Assembly (NCBI GenBank): GCA_964428285.1
Contig: CAYRXG010000001.1
Location: 1-61,536, forward strand
Direction of reading: 5' to 3'
DNA: 61,536 nt
DNA from: an uncultured Clavibacter sp.
GTDB lineage: Bacteria > Actinomycetota > Actinomycetes > Nanopelagicales > Nanopelagicaceae
The translations under genes were made by a program, and so were the position numbers. Positions within the stretch are counted from its first letter, which is position 1. The number at the start of each line of letters is the position of its first letter. Below, in pieces: positions 8,777 to 21,431 of this stretch. The notes beneath the pieces are model-generated. The model had not been told where the DNA came from and did not search any database. It was given only the letters and a program-made list of their open reading frames with translations.

Positions 8777-9976
8777 TTACTGCAAGGCAAGTAAACCTGG
8801 CAATTCCTTACCCTCAAGATACTCGAGAGAGGCTCCTCCGCCGGTAGATATGTAACCGAAGTCGCTATCTTTAAAGCCAAGTTTTCGTACTGCAGCTGCT
8901 GAGTCTCCCCCTCCGACAACAGAGAGTCCGTTTACATTTGTTAATGCCTCAGCAATCCTTCGAGTGCCTTCGGCAAAATTAGAAAACTCAAAAACACCCA
9001 TCGGGCCATTCCAGAAAACTGTCGCTGAAGATTCAATCGCAGCTGCAAAGTTCTTCGCACTCTCCGGCCCAATATCAAGACCGATTTGATCAACAGGAAT
9101 ATCTGTAATTGAAACTACCGATGGAGACTCATCGGCAAAATTAGGTGCTACTACTACATCTGTAGGAAGCAAGATTTCAACTCCCAAATCTCTTGCCTTA
9201 TTCAAAATGGAATTAACTGTATCCAAGGATTCTATTTCCAATAAAGACTTTCCAACTTCGTAACCTTTTGCTTTCAGAAATGTAAAAACCATGCCACCGC
9301 CGATAGCAATTCGGTCAACTTTCTTAAGTAAATTATTTATTACCCCAATTTTGTCCGAAACTTTCGCTCCACCAAGTACGACGGTATAGGGTCGAGCTGG
9401 ATTCACTGTTAGTTTCTGAAGCACTGCAACTTCAGCTGCAATCAATTTTCCAGTAGCGTGAGGTAGAGCTTTGGCTAGTTCATATACTGATGCATGCTTT
9501 CGATGCACTGCACCGAAACCATCCCCAACATAAAAATCCGCAAGCTTGGACAACTTTGCCGCGAACTCTTTTCGCTCGTTCTCATCTTTGGATGTTTCTG
9601 CCGGTTCAAAGCGGATATTTTCAAGCAAGACAATCTCTCCTGGCTTTAAATCATTCGTTACAGAGAGAGTTGTTTCTGAAGTTGCGTCATCTGCAAATTT
9701 GACTTCCTTTTTCAAAATCTCAGAAAGTCTTTGTGCTACGGGACGTAATGACAGCTCAGAATTGCGTTCACCTTTAGGTCTTCCCAAATGTGAACAAATG
9801 ACAATGGCGGCGCCTTCTTTGAGTAGAAACTCAATGGTTGGGATAGAAGCTCTAATTCGGCCATCATCGGCGATGAATAATTCTCCGTTATCGTCTTTGG
9901 AAAGCGGTACATTTAAATCGCAACGAAGTAGAACCCGCTTACCTTTTATGGCTTCGGGTTTGAGCTCAGAGATCAA
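8777..9976 (-). CDS. pgk: Phosphoglycerate kinase
   Basis: Contains RCDLNVP, SHLGRPKG, the GGAKVSDKI motif, and GGGDSAAAV...STGGGASLE. Confidence 0.97.
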   Translation of the reverse strand: MISELKPEAIKGKRVLLRCDLNVPLSKDDNGELFIADDGRIRASIPTIEFLLKEGAAIVICSHLGRPKGERNSELSLRPVAQRLSEILKKEVKFADDATSETTLSVTNDLKPGEIVLLENIRFEPAETSKDENERKEFAAKLSKLADFYVGDGFGAVHRKHASVYELAKALPHATGKLIAAEVAVLQKLTVNPARPYTVVLGGAKVSDKIGVINNLLKKVDRIAIGGGMVFTFLKAKGYEVGKSLLEIESLDTVNSILNKARDLGVEILLPTDVVVAPNFADESPSVVSITDIPVDQIGLDIGPESAKNFAAAIESSATVFWNGPMGVFEFSNFAEGTRRIAEALTNVNGLSVVGGGDSAAAVRKLGFKDSDFGYISTGGGASLEYLEGKELPGLLALQ

Positions 9977-9979
9977 CTT

Positions 9980-11002
<1,023 letters not shown>

Positions 11003-11050
11003 TTATTGCCACAACGTCGTGGGATTGAATTCTATCAACGAGCTTCTACT

Positions 11051-12028
11051 TCAATTGAGCAAATCTGGTGTTAATCCTGCCTCAGTATCTGGAATTCCCA
11101 ATTCTGAGGCGCGTTTATCTGCCATTGCAAGCAATCTACGGATTCGACCGGCAATCGCATCTTTCGTCATTGGAGGCGAAGCCAGTGAACCTAACTCTTC
11201 CAAACTTGCTTGCCCATGATTGATTCTAAGTTCCCCGGCTTCGCGAAGATGCCCTGGAATCTCATCACCAAGAATTTCGAGTGCGCGTTGAACTCTTGCA
11301 GATGCAGCTACCGCAGCGCGAGCTGATCTGCGCAAATTTGCATCATCAAAATTAGCTAATCGATTTGCAGTTGCACGAACCTCTCGGCGCATTCTTCTTT
11401 CTTCCCACGCGAGAACACTTTCATGTGCACCCAATCTTGTTAAGAGAACTCCAATTGCATCGCCATCACGAATAACCACTCGATCAACTCCGCGTACTTC
11501 GCGAGCCTTAGCGGTAATTCCTAATCGTCTTGCTGCACCTACCAACGCCAAAGCAGCTTCAGGTCCAGGACAAGTTATTTCTAATGCGGATGAACGTCCT
11601 GGTTCCGTTAATGAACCGTGAGCCAAAAAAGCGCCGCGCCATGCAGCTTCTGCATCACAAACTCCCGCAGACACAACTTGTGGCGGCAGGCCTCGCACTG
11701 GCCGTGCATTTGAATCAACTAGACCGGTTTGGCGAGCTAGTGCATCACCATCTTTAATCACTCGAACCAAATAACGACTTCCCTTGCGAAGTCCGCCGGC
11801 ACTAATTACAGCAAGGTCTGATTCGTGGCCATAAATATCGCCAATATCTTTGCGAATCCGTCTAGCAGCTTGGGCTGTATCTAATTCGATTTCCACCATT
11901 ATTTTTCCTGCTGTTAAATGCAATCCGCCGGCAAATCTCAAAATTGCTGAAACCTCGGCTTTTCGACAACAAGGTTTAGATACAGAGAGACGACTCAATT
12001 CATCTTTTACCGATGCAGTCATTGCCAT
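11051..12028 (-). CDS. whiA: DNA-binding protein WhiA
   Basis: [15 protein letters not shown]-terminus, a degenerate LAGLIDADG-like region and a C-terminal HTH ([21 protein letters not shown]). Conserved rapZ-yvcK-whiA order. Confidence 0.93.
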   Translation of the reverse strand: MAMTASVKDELSRLSVSKPCCRKAEVSAILRFAGGLHLTAGKIMVEIELDTAQAARRIRKDIGDIYGHESDLAVISAGGLRKGSRYLVRVIKDGDALARQTGLVDSNARPVRGLPPQVVSAGVCDAEAAWRGAFLAHGSLTEPGRSSALEITCPGPEAALALVGAARRLGITAKAREVRGVDRVVIRDGDAIGVLLTRLGAHESVLAWEERRMRREVRATANRLANFDDANLRRSARAAVAASARVQRALEILGDEIPGHLREAGELRINHGQASLEELGSLASPPMTKDAIAGRIRRLLAMADKRASELGIPDTEAGLTPDLLN

Positions 12029-12033
12029 AAGCG

Positions 12034-12993
12034 TTATCTAATCACTTCATTCGCAATAATGTTGCTAAATTCCAAAAATAATTTCTTATGATCATGCTGA
12101 TTACTGCCTAAGCTTGTTGCGAGATCGCTCACAATTAATCTACCGCCCATCAACTCAACAATTGAGGAGAGTTCTTGAAATGAGCCACTGGATGTAGTAA
12201 TGGATTGATCCGCGATTGCGTAGTCGCAACTGAGTTGCGGGGCAAATTTCTTCAATACTCTTAAATGCTCGGCAGGAGAAGTGCCGGCAAATTCATCTCC
12301 GCTCGCATTGCTGTTTGCATCAAGATTAATTACTAGAATTTTTTTTGCGGTTGACCTGTAGATTGCCTCTCTCTGAGAAGGCAATAAGAAGTGTGGGAGC
12401 ACGCTTGAAAACCAAGATCCCGGTCCGAAAATCAACCAGTCAGCTTGCTCAATGGATGCCAGTCCTTCGTTAGTTGGGTTTGCAGAACTTGGCAGTAGTT
12501 GTAGATCCTCTAGAAGTCCCTTGGCAACGGCTACTTCTTTCTGTCCTCTAACAACTTGCATTCCTTGCCAAGTTCTAAAGGTGCCTTCAATATCAAGTGG
12601 CTCATTAGACATTGGCAAAACTCGACCAACAACATTTAGGAGCTCGCCGACTTTATCAAGTCCCTTAACTGGGTCTGACTCGCGATCCCAAAGGGCTGCA
12701 AGTAAGAGATTGCCAATTGCGTGACCATTTAAATCTCCATCTGAAGTGAATCGATATTGAATCAACTCTGCCCAACTTCTTCCCCATTCATCCTCTGAAC
12801 AAAGGGCAGCTAGCGCCATTCGTAAATCGCCTGGTGGAAGTGAATTAAATTCTTTTCGTAACCTTCCGCTTGAGCCGCCATTATCTGCAACAGTAACTAT
12901 TGCAGTGATATCAACAGCGAGCATACGCAGTGCTCGTAACGTAGCGGCAAGACCATGTCCGCCGCCAAAAGCTACAACTTTTGGTTTGTTCAT
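12034..12993 (-). CDS. yvcK: YvcK/CuvA family (CofD-like, gluconeogenesis factor) protein
   Basis: Contains [10 protein letters not shown] and [13 protein letters not shown]. Sits between rapZ and whiA. Confidence 0.9.
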   Translation of the reverse strand: MNKPKVVAFGGGHGLAATLRALRMLAVDITAIVTVADNGGSSGRLRKEFNSLPPGDLRMALAALCSEDEWGRSWAELIQYRFTSDGDLNGHAIGNLLLAALWDRESDPVKGLDKVGELLNVVGRVLPMSNEPLDIEGTFRTWQGMQVVRGQKEVAVAKGLLEDLQLLPSSANPTNEGLASIEQADWLIFGPGSWFSSVLPHFLLPSQREAIYRSTAKKILVINLDANSNASGDEFAGTSPAEHLRVLKKFAPQLSCDYAIADQSITTSSGSFQELSSIVELMGGRLIVSDLATSLGSNQHDHKKLFLEFSNIIANEVIR

Positions 12994-13000
12994 ACTTGAT

Positions 13001-13873
13001 TCAGCGTTCGCGCCCTAAGTCGCGATGAATTGCGTGAGCTGAAACTTCGCCATCTGCAACAATTGATAATCCATTCAATCTTCTAGCAAGCTCTTCGGCG
13101 ACAGCAACACTTCTATGTTTTCCACCAGTACAGCCGATTGCTAACGTAATAAATTTCTTTCCTTCATGTAGATAACCACGCGCGATACTTTCAAACATAG
13201 CAACGTATCTATCAAGGAACTCTGGTACTTCTGTAGCACCAAGGACGGCTTTACTGACATCAAGATCTAAACCATTCTTAGGCCTTAATTCTGGTTGCCA
13301 ATGAGGATTTGGTATAAATCTACAATCCATAACTAGATCTGCATCTGCTGGTATTCCAAACTTGTATCCGAAGGAGAGTACGTTTACTTTTAGTGAAGCG
13401 AGAGATCCACTTTGGAAGAGTTCCTTTATTTTCCGCTCTAATTGATGAATGTTTAGTTGCGAAGTGTCAACGACAAGATCTGCTCCCCCGCGTAATTCGC
13501 TGAGTTTCACTCTCTCCCGCTCGATACCGTCAAGAATTCGATCATTGCCCTGCAGGGGATGTGGCCGACGTGATGATTCAAATCTACGGATTAAAACTTC
13601 ATCAGAAGCGTCGACAAAAACAATTTTTCGACTCACGCCATTTTCAGCTAATTCAGCCAACGCCTTATTTAATTGATCGAAAAACTGACGACCACGTACA
13701 TCAATTACAACGGCAATAGAGTCGCTGGTTTCTTTTGTTAGTTCGAGAAGAGAGCCAAGAAGTTGTGGCGGAAGATTATCAATTACATACCAACCGGAAT
13801 CCTCCATCGAGTGAGCGACTGTAGAACGACCTGCTCCACTCATTCCGGTTATAACAACAACCTCTCGAGTCAT
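13001..13873 (-). CDS. rapZ: RNase adapter / nucleotide-binding protein RapZ
   Basis: P-loop ITGMSGAGRST and the C-terminal motif IGCTGGKHRSV. Confidence 0.92.
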   Translation of the reverse strand: MTREVVVITGMSGAGRSTVAHSMEDSGWYVIDNLPPQLLGSLLELTKETSDSIAVVIDVRGRQFFDQLNKALAELAENGVSRKIVFVDASDEVLIRRFESSRRPHPLQGNDRILDGIERERVKLSELRGGADLVVDTSQLNIHQLERKIKELFQSGSLASLKVNVLSFGYKFGIPADADLVMDCRFIPNPHWQPELRPKNGLDLDVSKAVLGATEVPEFLDRYVAMFESIARGYLHEGKKFITLAIGCTGGKHRSVAVAEELARRLNGLSIVADGEVSAHAIHRDLGRER

Positions 13874-13894
13874 GGCTTAATCATGCTATCTGTG

Positions 13895-15802
13895 TCAAGA
13901 ACCTTCACTTATTATCTCGCCAGTCGAAGTATCGACTTTAAAGTTCGAACTTTCTGCTTCAATTACGCTAAATATTGCTGCAGCGGTTTTCCCGCCGATT
14001 CCAGGAACAGCGGCTACCTCGGCCGGATTGCTCTTTCGGAGTTGCGCAATAGAACCAAAATGCTCAAGAAGTGATTGTCTACGCGTTTCTCCCAGGCCTG
14101 GAACTTCATCTAACAATGACTCCAACATGAGCTTGGATCGTTTTGAACGGTGAAAAGTTATTGCAAATCTATGAGCTTCGTCTCGGATTCGTTGAACCAA
14201 GTAAAGAGATTCACTGTTTCTGGGTAAAACTACGGGATAAGTTCTATCCGGAAACCAAATTTCTTCCAATCGCTTTGCTAATCCAACTAAAGCAACATCG
14301 GTAATACCAAGTTCGGCGAGGGCACGGGCTGCCGCATTTACTTGACCTCGACCGCCGTCAACTATTACAAGTTGAGGTGGATAAGCAAATCTTGCTCTCG
14401 TGACTTCCAAGTTATCCTCCAGCTGCAAATCTTTTTCCGCTAAATACCTCTTGAATCTTCTGGTTATTACATGGTGCATCGCCCGCGTATCATCAAATTT
14501 TTCTTTATCATCTATTCCAAACCTTCGATAATCACTTTTCTTAGGTTGACCATCTTCAAAAACCACCATAGAGGCAACGACGGATGTTCCTTGAATGTTG
14601 GAAATATCAAAACATTCAATCCTTAGTGGAAGTTGATCCAGATCTAAAGCAGAAGCAAGCTCTTCCAAAGCTCGCCCCGAAACGCCAGCATCATTAGCCC
14701 GTTTACTTAAGAATTGAATCAGCGATTGCTGAGCGTTGCGTTTTACGGTAATTAAGATTTCCTTTTTCTCACCTCGCTCTGGAATTGAAATTGACAACTT
14801 ATGATTAGCTCTTGTTGAGAGCATTTGAGTAATATTTTCTAGATCTGGAATTGATACATTCAAATATATTTCATTTGGAATTTCCGAATCACGATAGATT
14901 AATTCAAGAGTTGCTCCAAGAAGGTCTTGATCTTCCAAAAGATTGGATCTATCTACTATCCATGATCGTGAACCTACGACTCGGCCATTTCGAATCCTAA
15001 AAATAGAAGCTGCGGAATGAGTAATATCATCGTGTAACGAAATAAAATCACCGGATATTGATTCTGAAATTGCAGCCTCGCTTGATTCCGTAGCTACTTC
15101 CAAAGCGTGTAATCGGTCACGTAATTTTGCGGCGCGTTCAAAATCTTCATTTGCCGAAGCTTTTTCCATTGCTTCCTTTAGGTGAATCTCAATATCGTTA
15201 CCACCTTGATCCATAAATCTAATTAGTCGATCAACCAGATCACGATGCTCGACCGCGTTTACTCGAGACACACACGGAGCGGAACATTTGCCGATATCTC
15301 CAAGTAGACAGTGGCGCATACTTCTTTTTGCTTTCTCGAAGTTGCTATCCGAACATGAACGAACAGGGAAAGTTTCTAATAAGAGATCGTAAGTAGTTCG
15401 TAACGCCCACGAATGAGCATATGGACCAAAATATTTAACACCTTTAACTTTTTCTCTACGAGTAATAAAGAGTCTTGGAAATTCATTTTTTATACTTATT
15501 GCAAGATATGGATACGATTTATCATCTTTAAATTGAACGTTGAAGGGAGGGTTTTCTTCCTTTATCCATGTAAATTCGAGTTGGAGAGCCTCAACCTCTG
15601 AGTTGACCAGTGTCCAATCAACTCGATTTGCCGCCCTTACAAGTCGTTCAGTTTTCTCTGGAACGTTCTTTTGAAAGTAAGAGTTGAGTCGATTCTTGAG
15701 TGATTTTGCTTTTCCTACGTACAAAACTTTTTCTGAATCATCAAAAAATCTATAAACGCCAGGTTCATCTGGTACATCAGAGGGGCGATAATCGATTTCC
15801 AT
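13895..15802 (-). CDS. uvrC: Excinuclease ABC subunit C
   Basis: GIY-YIG N-terminus (PGVYRFFD...VLYVGKAKSL), a UvrBC-interaction region, and a C-terminal (HhH)2. Confidence 0.96.
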   Translation of the reverse strand: MEIDYRPSDVPDEPGVYRFFDDSEKVLYVGKAKSLKNRLNSYFQKNVPEKTERLVRAANRVDWTLVNSEVEALQLEFTWIKEENPPFNVQFKDDKSYPYLAISIKNEFPRLFITRREKVKGVKYFGPYAHSWALRTTYDLLLETFPVRSCSDSNFEKAKRSMRHCLLGDIGKCSAPCVSRVNAVEHRDLVDRLIRFMDQGGNDIEIHLKEAMEKASANEDFERAAKLRDRLHALEVATESSEAAISESISGDFISLHDDITHSAASIFRIRNGRVVGSRSWIVDRSNLLEDQDLLGATLELIYRDSEIPNEIYLNVSIPDLENITQMLSTRANHKLSISIPERGEKKEILITVKRNAQQSLIQFLSKRANDAGVSGRALEELASALDLDQLPLRIECFDISNIQGTSVVASMVVFEDGQPKKSDYRRFGIDDKEKFDDTRAMHHVITRRFKRYLAEKDLQLEDNLEVTRARFAYPPQLVIVDGGRGQVNAAARALAELGITDVALVGLAKRLEEIWFPDRTYPVVLPRNSESLYLVQRIRDEAHRFAITFHRSKRSKLMLESLLDEVPGLGETRRQSLLEHFGSIAQLRKSNPAEVAAVPGIGGKTAAAIFSVIEAESSNFKVDTSTGEIISEGS

Positions 15803-15806
15803 AGAT

Positions 15807-18653
15807 CTATTTAATAGGGCTTAGAGCGCTGGCTAAGAATTTTCCTGTATAGCTATTCTTATCTTTGGCGACATGTTCCGGGGTTCCTTCCACTATTACT
15901 GTGCCACCGCCCGATCCTCCTTCTGGGCCAAGATCAATTACCCAATCAGCACATTTAATTACATCTAAATTATGCTCAATTACTACGACAGTATTGCCGC
16001 TATCTACCAAACGTTGCAGAACTGAAAGTAATTTTCTTACGTCCTCAAAGTGAAGTCCGGTGGTAGGTTCATCTAGAACATAAATAGTTCTTCCCGTTGA
16101 ACGTCGTTGTAGTTCAGTTGCAAGTTTAACTCGCTGTGCTTCGCCACCGGAAAGCGTTGGAGCTGATTGACCAAGTCTTACATAGCCAAGGCCCACATCA
16201 CATAAGGTTTTTAAATATCTATGTATCGCCGGAATTGATTCAAAGAATTCAGCGGCGCGCTCAATAGGCATATCAAGAACCTCTGAAATCGTTTTTCCTT
16301 TGTAGTGAACTTCAAGTGTTTCGCGGTTGTATCGAGCTCCATGACAAACCTCGCAAGGAACATAAACATCCGGCAAGAAGTTCATTTCGATAGTGATTGT
16401 GCCGTCACCTGCACAGTTTTCACATCTGCCACCTTTTACATTAAAGGAGAATCTTCCTTGCTGATAGCCGCGAATCTTTGCTTCACTGGTTTCTGCAAAT
16501 AGGGCTCTTACCTTGTCAAAGACTCCGGTATAAGTTGCCGGATTAGAACGTGGAGTTCTACCTATCGGAGATTGATCAACATGAACTACTTTGTCCAATT
16601 GATCGATTCCGGTAATTGTTCTGTGGCGACCCGGAACTATTCGAGCACCATTTAGTTTATTTGCCAGTACCGAATAGAGAATGTCATTAACTAAAGTAGA
16701 TTTGCCTGAACCGCTAACTCCCGTAACTGAAACGAATAGACCTAGAGGAATAGTCACATCAATCGACTTAAGGTTATTCTCCTTAGCCTCTTTTATAACT
16801 AACGATTTCTTGCTGTTGAATTCTCGTCTCTTTTGTGGAACCGTAATTTGAGTTCTGCCTGAAATATAAGAACCTGTTATTGATTTCTTGGAGTTAACTA
16901 AATCTTCTAGACTGCCGGAGACAACAATTTCACCACCATGCTCGCCCGCGCCTGGGCCAATATCAACAACCCAATCTGCAGTTCTAATTGTCTCTTCATC
17001 ATGTTCTACAACTATCAAAGTATTTCCAAGATCGCGTAGATGGGTAAGAGTTTCAATTAATCTCTTATTGTCTCTTTGGTGCAAACCAATAGATGGTTCG
17101 TCTAGAACATAAAGAACACCTACCAGTCCAGAACCAATCTGCGTAGCCAATCTGATGCGTTGCGCTTCACCGCCTGAGAGTGAGGCAGCTGGTCTAGCTA
17201 AAGTTAGATATTCAAGTCCTACATCAAGCAAAAATCCCAGACGAGCATTTACTTCTTTCATCACTCGTTCTGCAATTTTGGCTTCTCGCGCACCTAGTTT
17301 TATCTCTTTGAGGAATTTTGCACAGTCAAAGATTGAGAGTTCACATATTTCAGCTATGTTCTTCCCATCTAAAGTAACTGCGAGAACTTCCGGTTTTAGT
17401 CTTGTTCCTTTACAAACAGGACAAGGAGTCTCTCGCATATAGGCTTCGTATTTCTCGCGGCTGTAATCGCTATCCGTCTCACCGTGACGTCGCTCAATGA
17501 ATGGAATTACACCTTCAAAACCGGTTGAGTAACTACGAACTCGACCATATCGATTCTTGTACTTAACGTGAACTTCATATTCGTAACCATTTAGAATTGC
17601 TTCTCGGGCCTTTGTCGAAAGTTTCTTCCAAGGCGTATCCATGGAGAACTTAACGTCTTTAGCAAGGGCATCCAGTAAGTTCAAGAAATACTCGGACGAT
17701 TGCCCACCTGACCAAGGCGCTATTGCTCCATCATTGATTGAAATTGAATCATCGGGAATAACGAGTTCTTCATCAACTTCCAATTTTGAACCAATTCCTG
17801 TGCACTCTGGGCAAGCTCCGAAAGGAGAATTGAATGAAAAAGATCTCGGTTCCATCTCTTGAATAGATATTCCGCAATCGTGACATGCAAGTAGTTCGCT
17901 ATATGTGTGCTCTTTTTCCGCTTTTTCTTTAGCGTCTACAAATTCTAGAGTTACTAATCCATTGGCCAGTTTGAGTGCAGTTTCAATCGAGTCAGTCAAT
18001 CTTTGTTTTGAATCTGGCTTTGCCGTAAGGCGATCAATTACCGCCTCAATAGTATGTTTCTCCTGCTTCTTCAATTTTGGCGGATCGCTTAATTGAATCG
18101 TGACTCCGTCAACGCGAGCACGTGAATAGCCTTGAGCGGCAAGATCTTTGAATAAGTCCGCAAATTCACCCTTACGAGCTCTGATGATTGGCGCTAATAC
18201 TTGAAATTTCGTTTCTGCAGGAAGTGCAAGAATTTGATCAACAATGTTTTGCGGCGTTTGTTTTGCGATTGGCTTTCCACATTTTGGGCAATGTGGCTTT
18301 CCAGCTCTTGAAAAGAGTAATCGTAAGTAATCGTAAACTTCTGTAATTGTTCCAACAGTTGAGCGTGGATTTCGATTAGTAGATTTTTGATCGATAGAAA
18401 CAGCCGGTGATAGACCTTCAATAAAATCCACATCTGGTTTATCCATTTGACCAAGAAATTGTCGTGCATAAGCAGAAAGAGACTCAACGTATCTGCGTTG
18501 CCCCTCTGCAAAAATGGTGTCGAAAGCGAGCGAAGATTTTCCCGAACCCGATAGTCCAGTAAAAACTATAAGAGAATTACGAGGCAGGTCTAATGAAACA
18601 TTTTTTAAATTGTGCTCTCGGGCGCCTCGAACTATCAAACGGTCAGCGCTCAC
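15807..18653 (-). CDS. uvrA: Excinuclease ABC subunit A
   Basis: GTG start, 948 aa. Two ABC modules ([12 protein letters not shown] and [10 protein letters not shown]), LSGGE signatures and zinc-finger Cys clusters. Confidence 0.97.
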   Translation of the reverse strand: MSADRLIVRGAREHNLKNVSLDLPRNSLIVFTGLSGSGKSSLAFDTIFAEGQRRYVESLSAYARQFLGQMDKPDVDFIEGLSPAVSIDQKSTNRNPRSTVGTITEVYDYLRLLFSRAGKPHCPKCGKPIAKQTPQNIVDQILALPAETKFQVLAPIIRARKGEFADLFKDLAAQGYSRARVDGVTIQLSDPPKLKKQEKHTIEAVIDRLTAKPDSKQRLTDSIETALKLANGLVTLEFVDAKEKAEKEHTYSELLACHDCGISIQEMEPRSFSFNSPFGACPECTGIGSKLEVDEELVIPDDSISINDGAIAPWSGGQSSEYFLNLLDALAKDVKFSMDTPWKKLSTKAREAILNGYEYEVHVKYKNRYGRVRSYSTGFEGVIPFIERRHGETDSDYSREKYEAYMRETPCPVCKGTRLKPEVLAVTLDGKNIAEICELSIFDCAKFLKEIKLGAREAKIAERVMKEVNARLGFLLDVGLEYLTLARPAASLSGGEAQRIRLATQIGSGLVGVLYVLDEPSIGLHQRDNKRLIETLTHLRDLGNTLIVVEHDEETIRTADWVVDIGPGAGEHGGEIVVSGSLEDLVNSKKSITGSYISGRTQITVPQKRREFNSKKSLVIKEAKENNLKSIDVTIPLGLFVSVTGVSGSGKSTLVNDILYSVLANKLNGARIVPGRHRTITGIDQLDKVVHVDQSPIGRTPRSNPATYTGVFDKVRALFAETSEAKIRGYQQGRFSFNVKGGRCENCAGDGTITIEMNFLPDVYVPCEVCHGARYNRETLEVHYKGKTISEVLDMPIERAAEFFESIPAIHRYLKTLCDVGLGYVRLGQSAPTLSGGEAQRVKLATELQRRSTGRTIYVLDEPTTGLHFEDVRKLLSVLQRLVDSGNTVVVIEHNLDVIKCADWVIDLGPEGGSGGGTVIVEGTPEHVAKDKNSYTGKFLASALSPIK

Positions 18654-20731
18654 TTAACTCCTCCTTCGTCCATACTTCTTAATTCTCTCTTCAATTCTCG
18701 AATCTCATCGCGTAATCGTGCGGCAAGCTCAAATTGAAGTTCTGTGGCAGCGTTTCTCATCTGCTCAGTGAGTGAATCTATTAAACCTAGGAGTTCAGCG
18801 CGCGGTAAGGCGACGAGTGACTTTGCATGAACTCCGACAGGAGTCTCTGTGGCACCGCGCTTGCCCTTTGGAAGTAAGTTCGCAGTATCTTGACTCTCTT
18901 TTTCAATGAGATCAGTGATATCTGCGATCTTCTTTCGAAGCGGCGCAGGATCAATTCCTCGCTCTTTGTTATATGCCTCCTGCTTTGCACGACGGCGGTT
19001 TGTTTCATCGATCGCATTTTTCATCGAATCCGTTAAGTTATCGCCATACATATGCACTTCGCCGGAGACATTTCGTGCGGCGCGTCCTATAGTTTGAATT
19101 AGGGACCTAGTTGATCTTAAGAATCCCTCTTTATCTGCATCTAGAATAGCCACCAAAGAAACTTCAGGCAGGTCTAAACCTTCACGAAGCAGATTAATTC
19201 CGATTAATACGTCATACTCGCCAAGTCTTAACTCTCGCAGAAGCTCAACTCTTCGCAATGTATCAACTTCCGAGTGGAGATAACGAACTCTAATGCCAGC
19301 ATTATTGAAGTAATCAGTTAAATCTTCGGCCATTTTCTTGGTCAAAGTCGTGACTAAGACGCGCTCATTTTTTGATGCTCGGATTTTGATTTCAGACATT
19401 AAATCATCAATCTGATTCTTGGTTGGTTTCAAAACTATTTTTGGATCAACCAAACCTGTGGGCCTAATGACCTGCTCGACATATATCCCATTAGTTTGAT
19501 CTAGTTCATATGGACCGGGAGTCGCTGAGAGATAGATTTTCTGCGGGGTTCTTTCAAGAAATTCAGAAAATGTTAAAGGGCGATTATCAAGAGCGCTTGG
19601 CAATCTAAATCCATGCTCTACCAAAGTTCTTTTCCGAGATGCATCTCCTTCTTGCATTGCGCCAATTTGCGGCACAGTTATATGAGATTCATCTATAACA
19701 CAGAGAAAATCTTCGGGAAAATAATCAAGGAGGCAGTTTGGTGCAGACCCAGCCTCTCGGCCATCAATATGTCGAGAGTAATTTTCAATGCCGGAGCAGA
19801 ATCCAAGTTGCGCAATCATCTCTAAATCAAATTGAGTGCGCATTCTTAGGCGCTGCGCTTCCAAAAGTTTGTTCTGACTCTCCAATTCCCTTAATCTGAC
19901 TGCCAACTCATCCTCGATTTGAGAGACGGCGCGTTTCATGGTTTCCGGGCTAGCCGAATAATGAGTCGCCGGGAAAATGAAAACTTCATTTGCCTCGCTA
20001 ACAATTTCACCAGTCAATGGATTTAGTGTTGTTAGTCTCTCAATTTCATCACCGAACATCTCAATGCGGATTGCAAGCTCTTCGTAAACTGGAATTATTT
20101 CAATCGTGTCACCCCTGACTCTAAAGGTTCCACGTTCGAATGCGATGTCATTTCGCTTATACTGAATATCTACAAATTTCCTCAATAAAGTATTTCTTTC
20201 AATTGAGTCCCCAACGTGAATCCGAATCATTCTATCTATGTACTCTTGCGGGGTGCCTAAACCGTAAATGCATGAAACTGTTGCAACTACAACAACATCT
20301 CTCCTTGTTAGTAAAGAGTAAGTCGCAGAATATCGAAGTCGTTCCACCTCTGAATTGATAGATGCGTCTTTTTCAATAAATGTATCAGTTTGAGGCACAT
20401 AAGCTTCCGGCTGGTAGTAGTCGTAGTAAGAGACAAAATATTCGACGGCATTTTCGGGCATCAATTCCCGAAATTCATTAGCTAATTGCGCTGCAAGAGT
20501 TTTATTTGGAGCAATGATTAAAGTTGGTCGTTGTACTTTCTCTATCAACCAGGCAACTGTTGCTGATTTTCCGGTTCCTGTCGCTCCCAATAGGACTATG
20601 TCTCTCTCGCCGCTATTGACGCGATTCTCTAAATCGGCAATCGCCGTAGGTTGATCTCCTGCTGGTTTGAATTCACTAATGACCTTAAATGGTTTATCGG
20701 CCCTTGGAGTTTTTGTTAATGCCCTAGTCAT
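18650..20731 (-). CDS. uvrB: Excinuclease ABC subunit B
   Basis: Helicase motifs GATGTGKS and DESH, and a C-terminal UVR domain. The stop overlaps the uvrA start by 4 nt. Confidence 0.97.
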   Translation of the reverse strand: MTRALTKTPRADKPFKVISEFKPAGDQPTAIADLENRVNSGERDIVLLGATGTGKSATVAWLIEKVQRPTLIIAPNKTLAAQLANEFRELMPENAVEYFVSYYDYYQPEAYVPQTDTFIEKDASINSEVERLRYSATYSLLTRRDVVVVATVSCIYGLGTPQEYIDRMIRIHVGDSIERNTLLRKFVDIQYKRNDIAFERGTFRVRGDTIEIIPVYEELAIRIEMFGDEIERLTTLNPLTGEIVSEANEVFIFPATHYSASPETMKRAVSQIEDELAVRLRELESQNKLLEAQRLRMRTQFDLEMIAQLGFCSGIENYSRHIDGREAGSAPNCLLDYFPEDFLCVIDESHITVPQIGAMQEGDASRKRTLVEHGFRLPSALDNRPLTFSEFLERTPQKIYLSATPGPYELDQTNGIYVEQVIRPTGLVDPKIVLKPTKNQIDDLMSEIKIRASKNERVLVTTLTKKMAEDLTDYFNNAGIRVRYLHSEVDTLRRVELLRELRLGEYDVLIGINLLREGLDLPEVSLVAILDADKEGFLRSTRSLIQTIGRAARNVSGEVHMYGDNLTDSMKNAIDETNRRRAKQEAYNKERGIDPAPLRKKIADITDLIEKESQDTANLLPKGKRGATETPVGVHAKSLVALPRAELLGLIDSLTEQMRNAATELQFELAARLRDEIRELKRELRSMDEGGVK

Positions 20732-21329
20732 TTTTCTTCTTGCTTTGTGGAACTAATTCAAACTCCCATATCTTGCGGACTTTCTTTTCAAGCTCTTCTA
20801 AATTTTCATTGTTTTCGATAACAAAATCAGCTATCGATTCGCGCTCAGATCTCGAAGCTTGCGCAGATATGCGTTTCTCTATTTGGTAAGCCTTCAATCC
20901 TCTATCCAGAAGCCGTTTAGTTCTTATCTCATCATCAGCTTCTACTGTGATTACAAGATCAAATCTATCTTGTCCCTGAGTCTCAAAGAGGAGTGGTATC
21001 TCATTTACTACGACGGAATCTTCTGGTGATGCTTGCAGAACTCTTGCGGAAAGATCGCGAACTCTGGGGTGAATAATTCCTTCCAAATCTTTACGAGCTT
21101 CTTCATTACTAAAGACAACTTCTGCTAGCTTCGCTCGGCTAATCTCTCCATCAACAAGAATGCCATCGCCAAATCGCGCTAAAACTTCATCAAAACCGGA
21201 AGTGCCACGTTCAATGACGTCACGAGCTAATTGATCTGAATCGATAACTATTGCACCTAATTCACTGAGGATGTCTCCCACGGCAGACTTGCCAGATCCG
21301 ATGCCGCCCGTAAGTGCGATCGATAACAT
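20724..21329 (-). CDS. coaE: Dephospho-CoA kinase
   Basis: Contains [12 protein letters not shown]. 201 aa. Overlaps the uvrB start by 8 nt. Confidence 0.92.
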   Translation of the reverse strand: MLSIALTGGIGSGKSAVGDILSELGAIVIDSDQLARDVIERGTSGFDEVLARFGDGILVDGEISRAKLAEVVFSNEEARKDLEGIIHPRVRDLSARVLQASPEDSVVVNEIPLLFETQGQDRFDLVITVEADDEIRTKRLLDRGLKAYQIEKRISAQASRSERESIADFVIENNENLEELEKKVRKIWEFELVPQSKKKND

Positions 21330-21380
21330 GTAATCAATCCTTGAGTAGTCTTGAAGAAATACTGCTTATTCGATACTTCC

Positions 21381-21423
21381 TGAAAAAAGCAAGAACTGGA
21401 CCAGCAAATACTGGTCCAGTTCT
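21381..21423 (-). terminator. Rho-independent terminator after rpsA
   Basis: Perfect 13-bp stem AGAACTGGACCAG / CTGGTCCAGTTCT (21392-21404 and 21411-21423) with a 6-nt loop. On the minus-strand RNA it is followed by UGCUUUUUUCA. It begins 8 nt after the rpsA stop. Confidence 0.8.
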
Positions 21424-21431
21424 CATAATGA

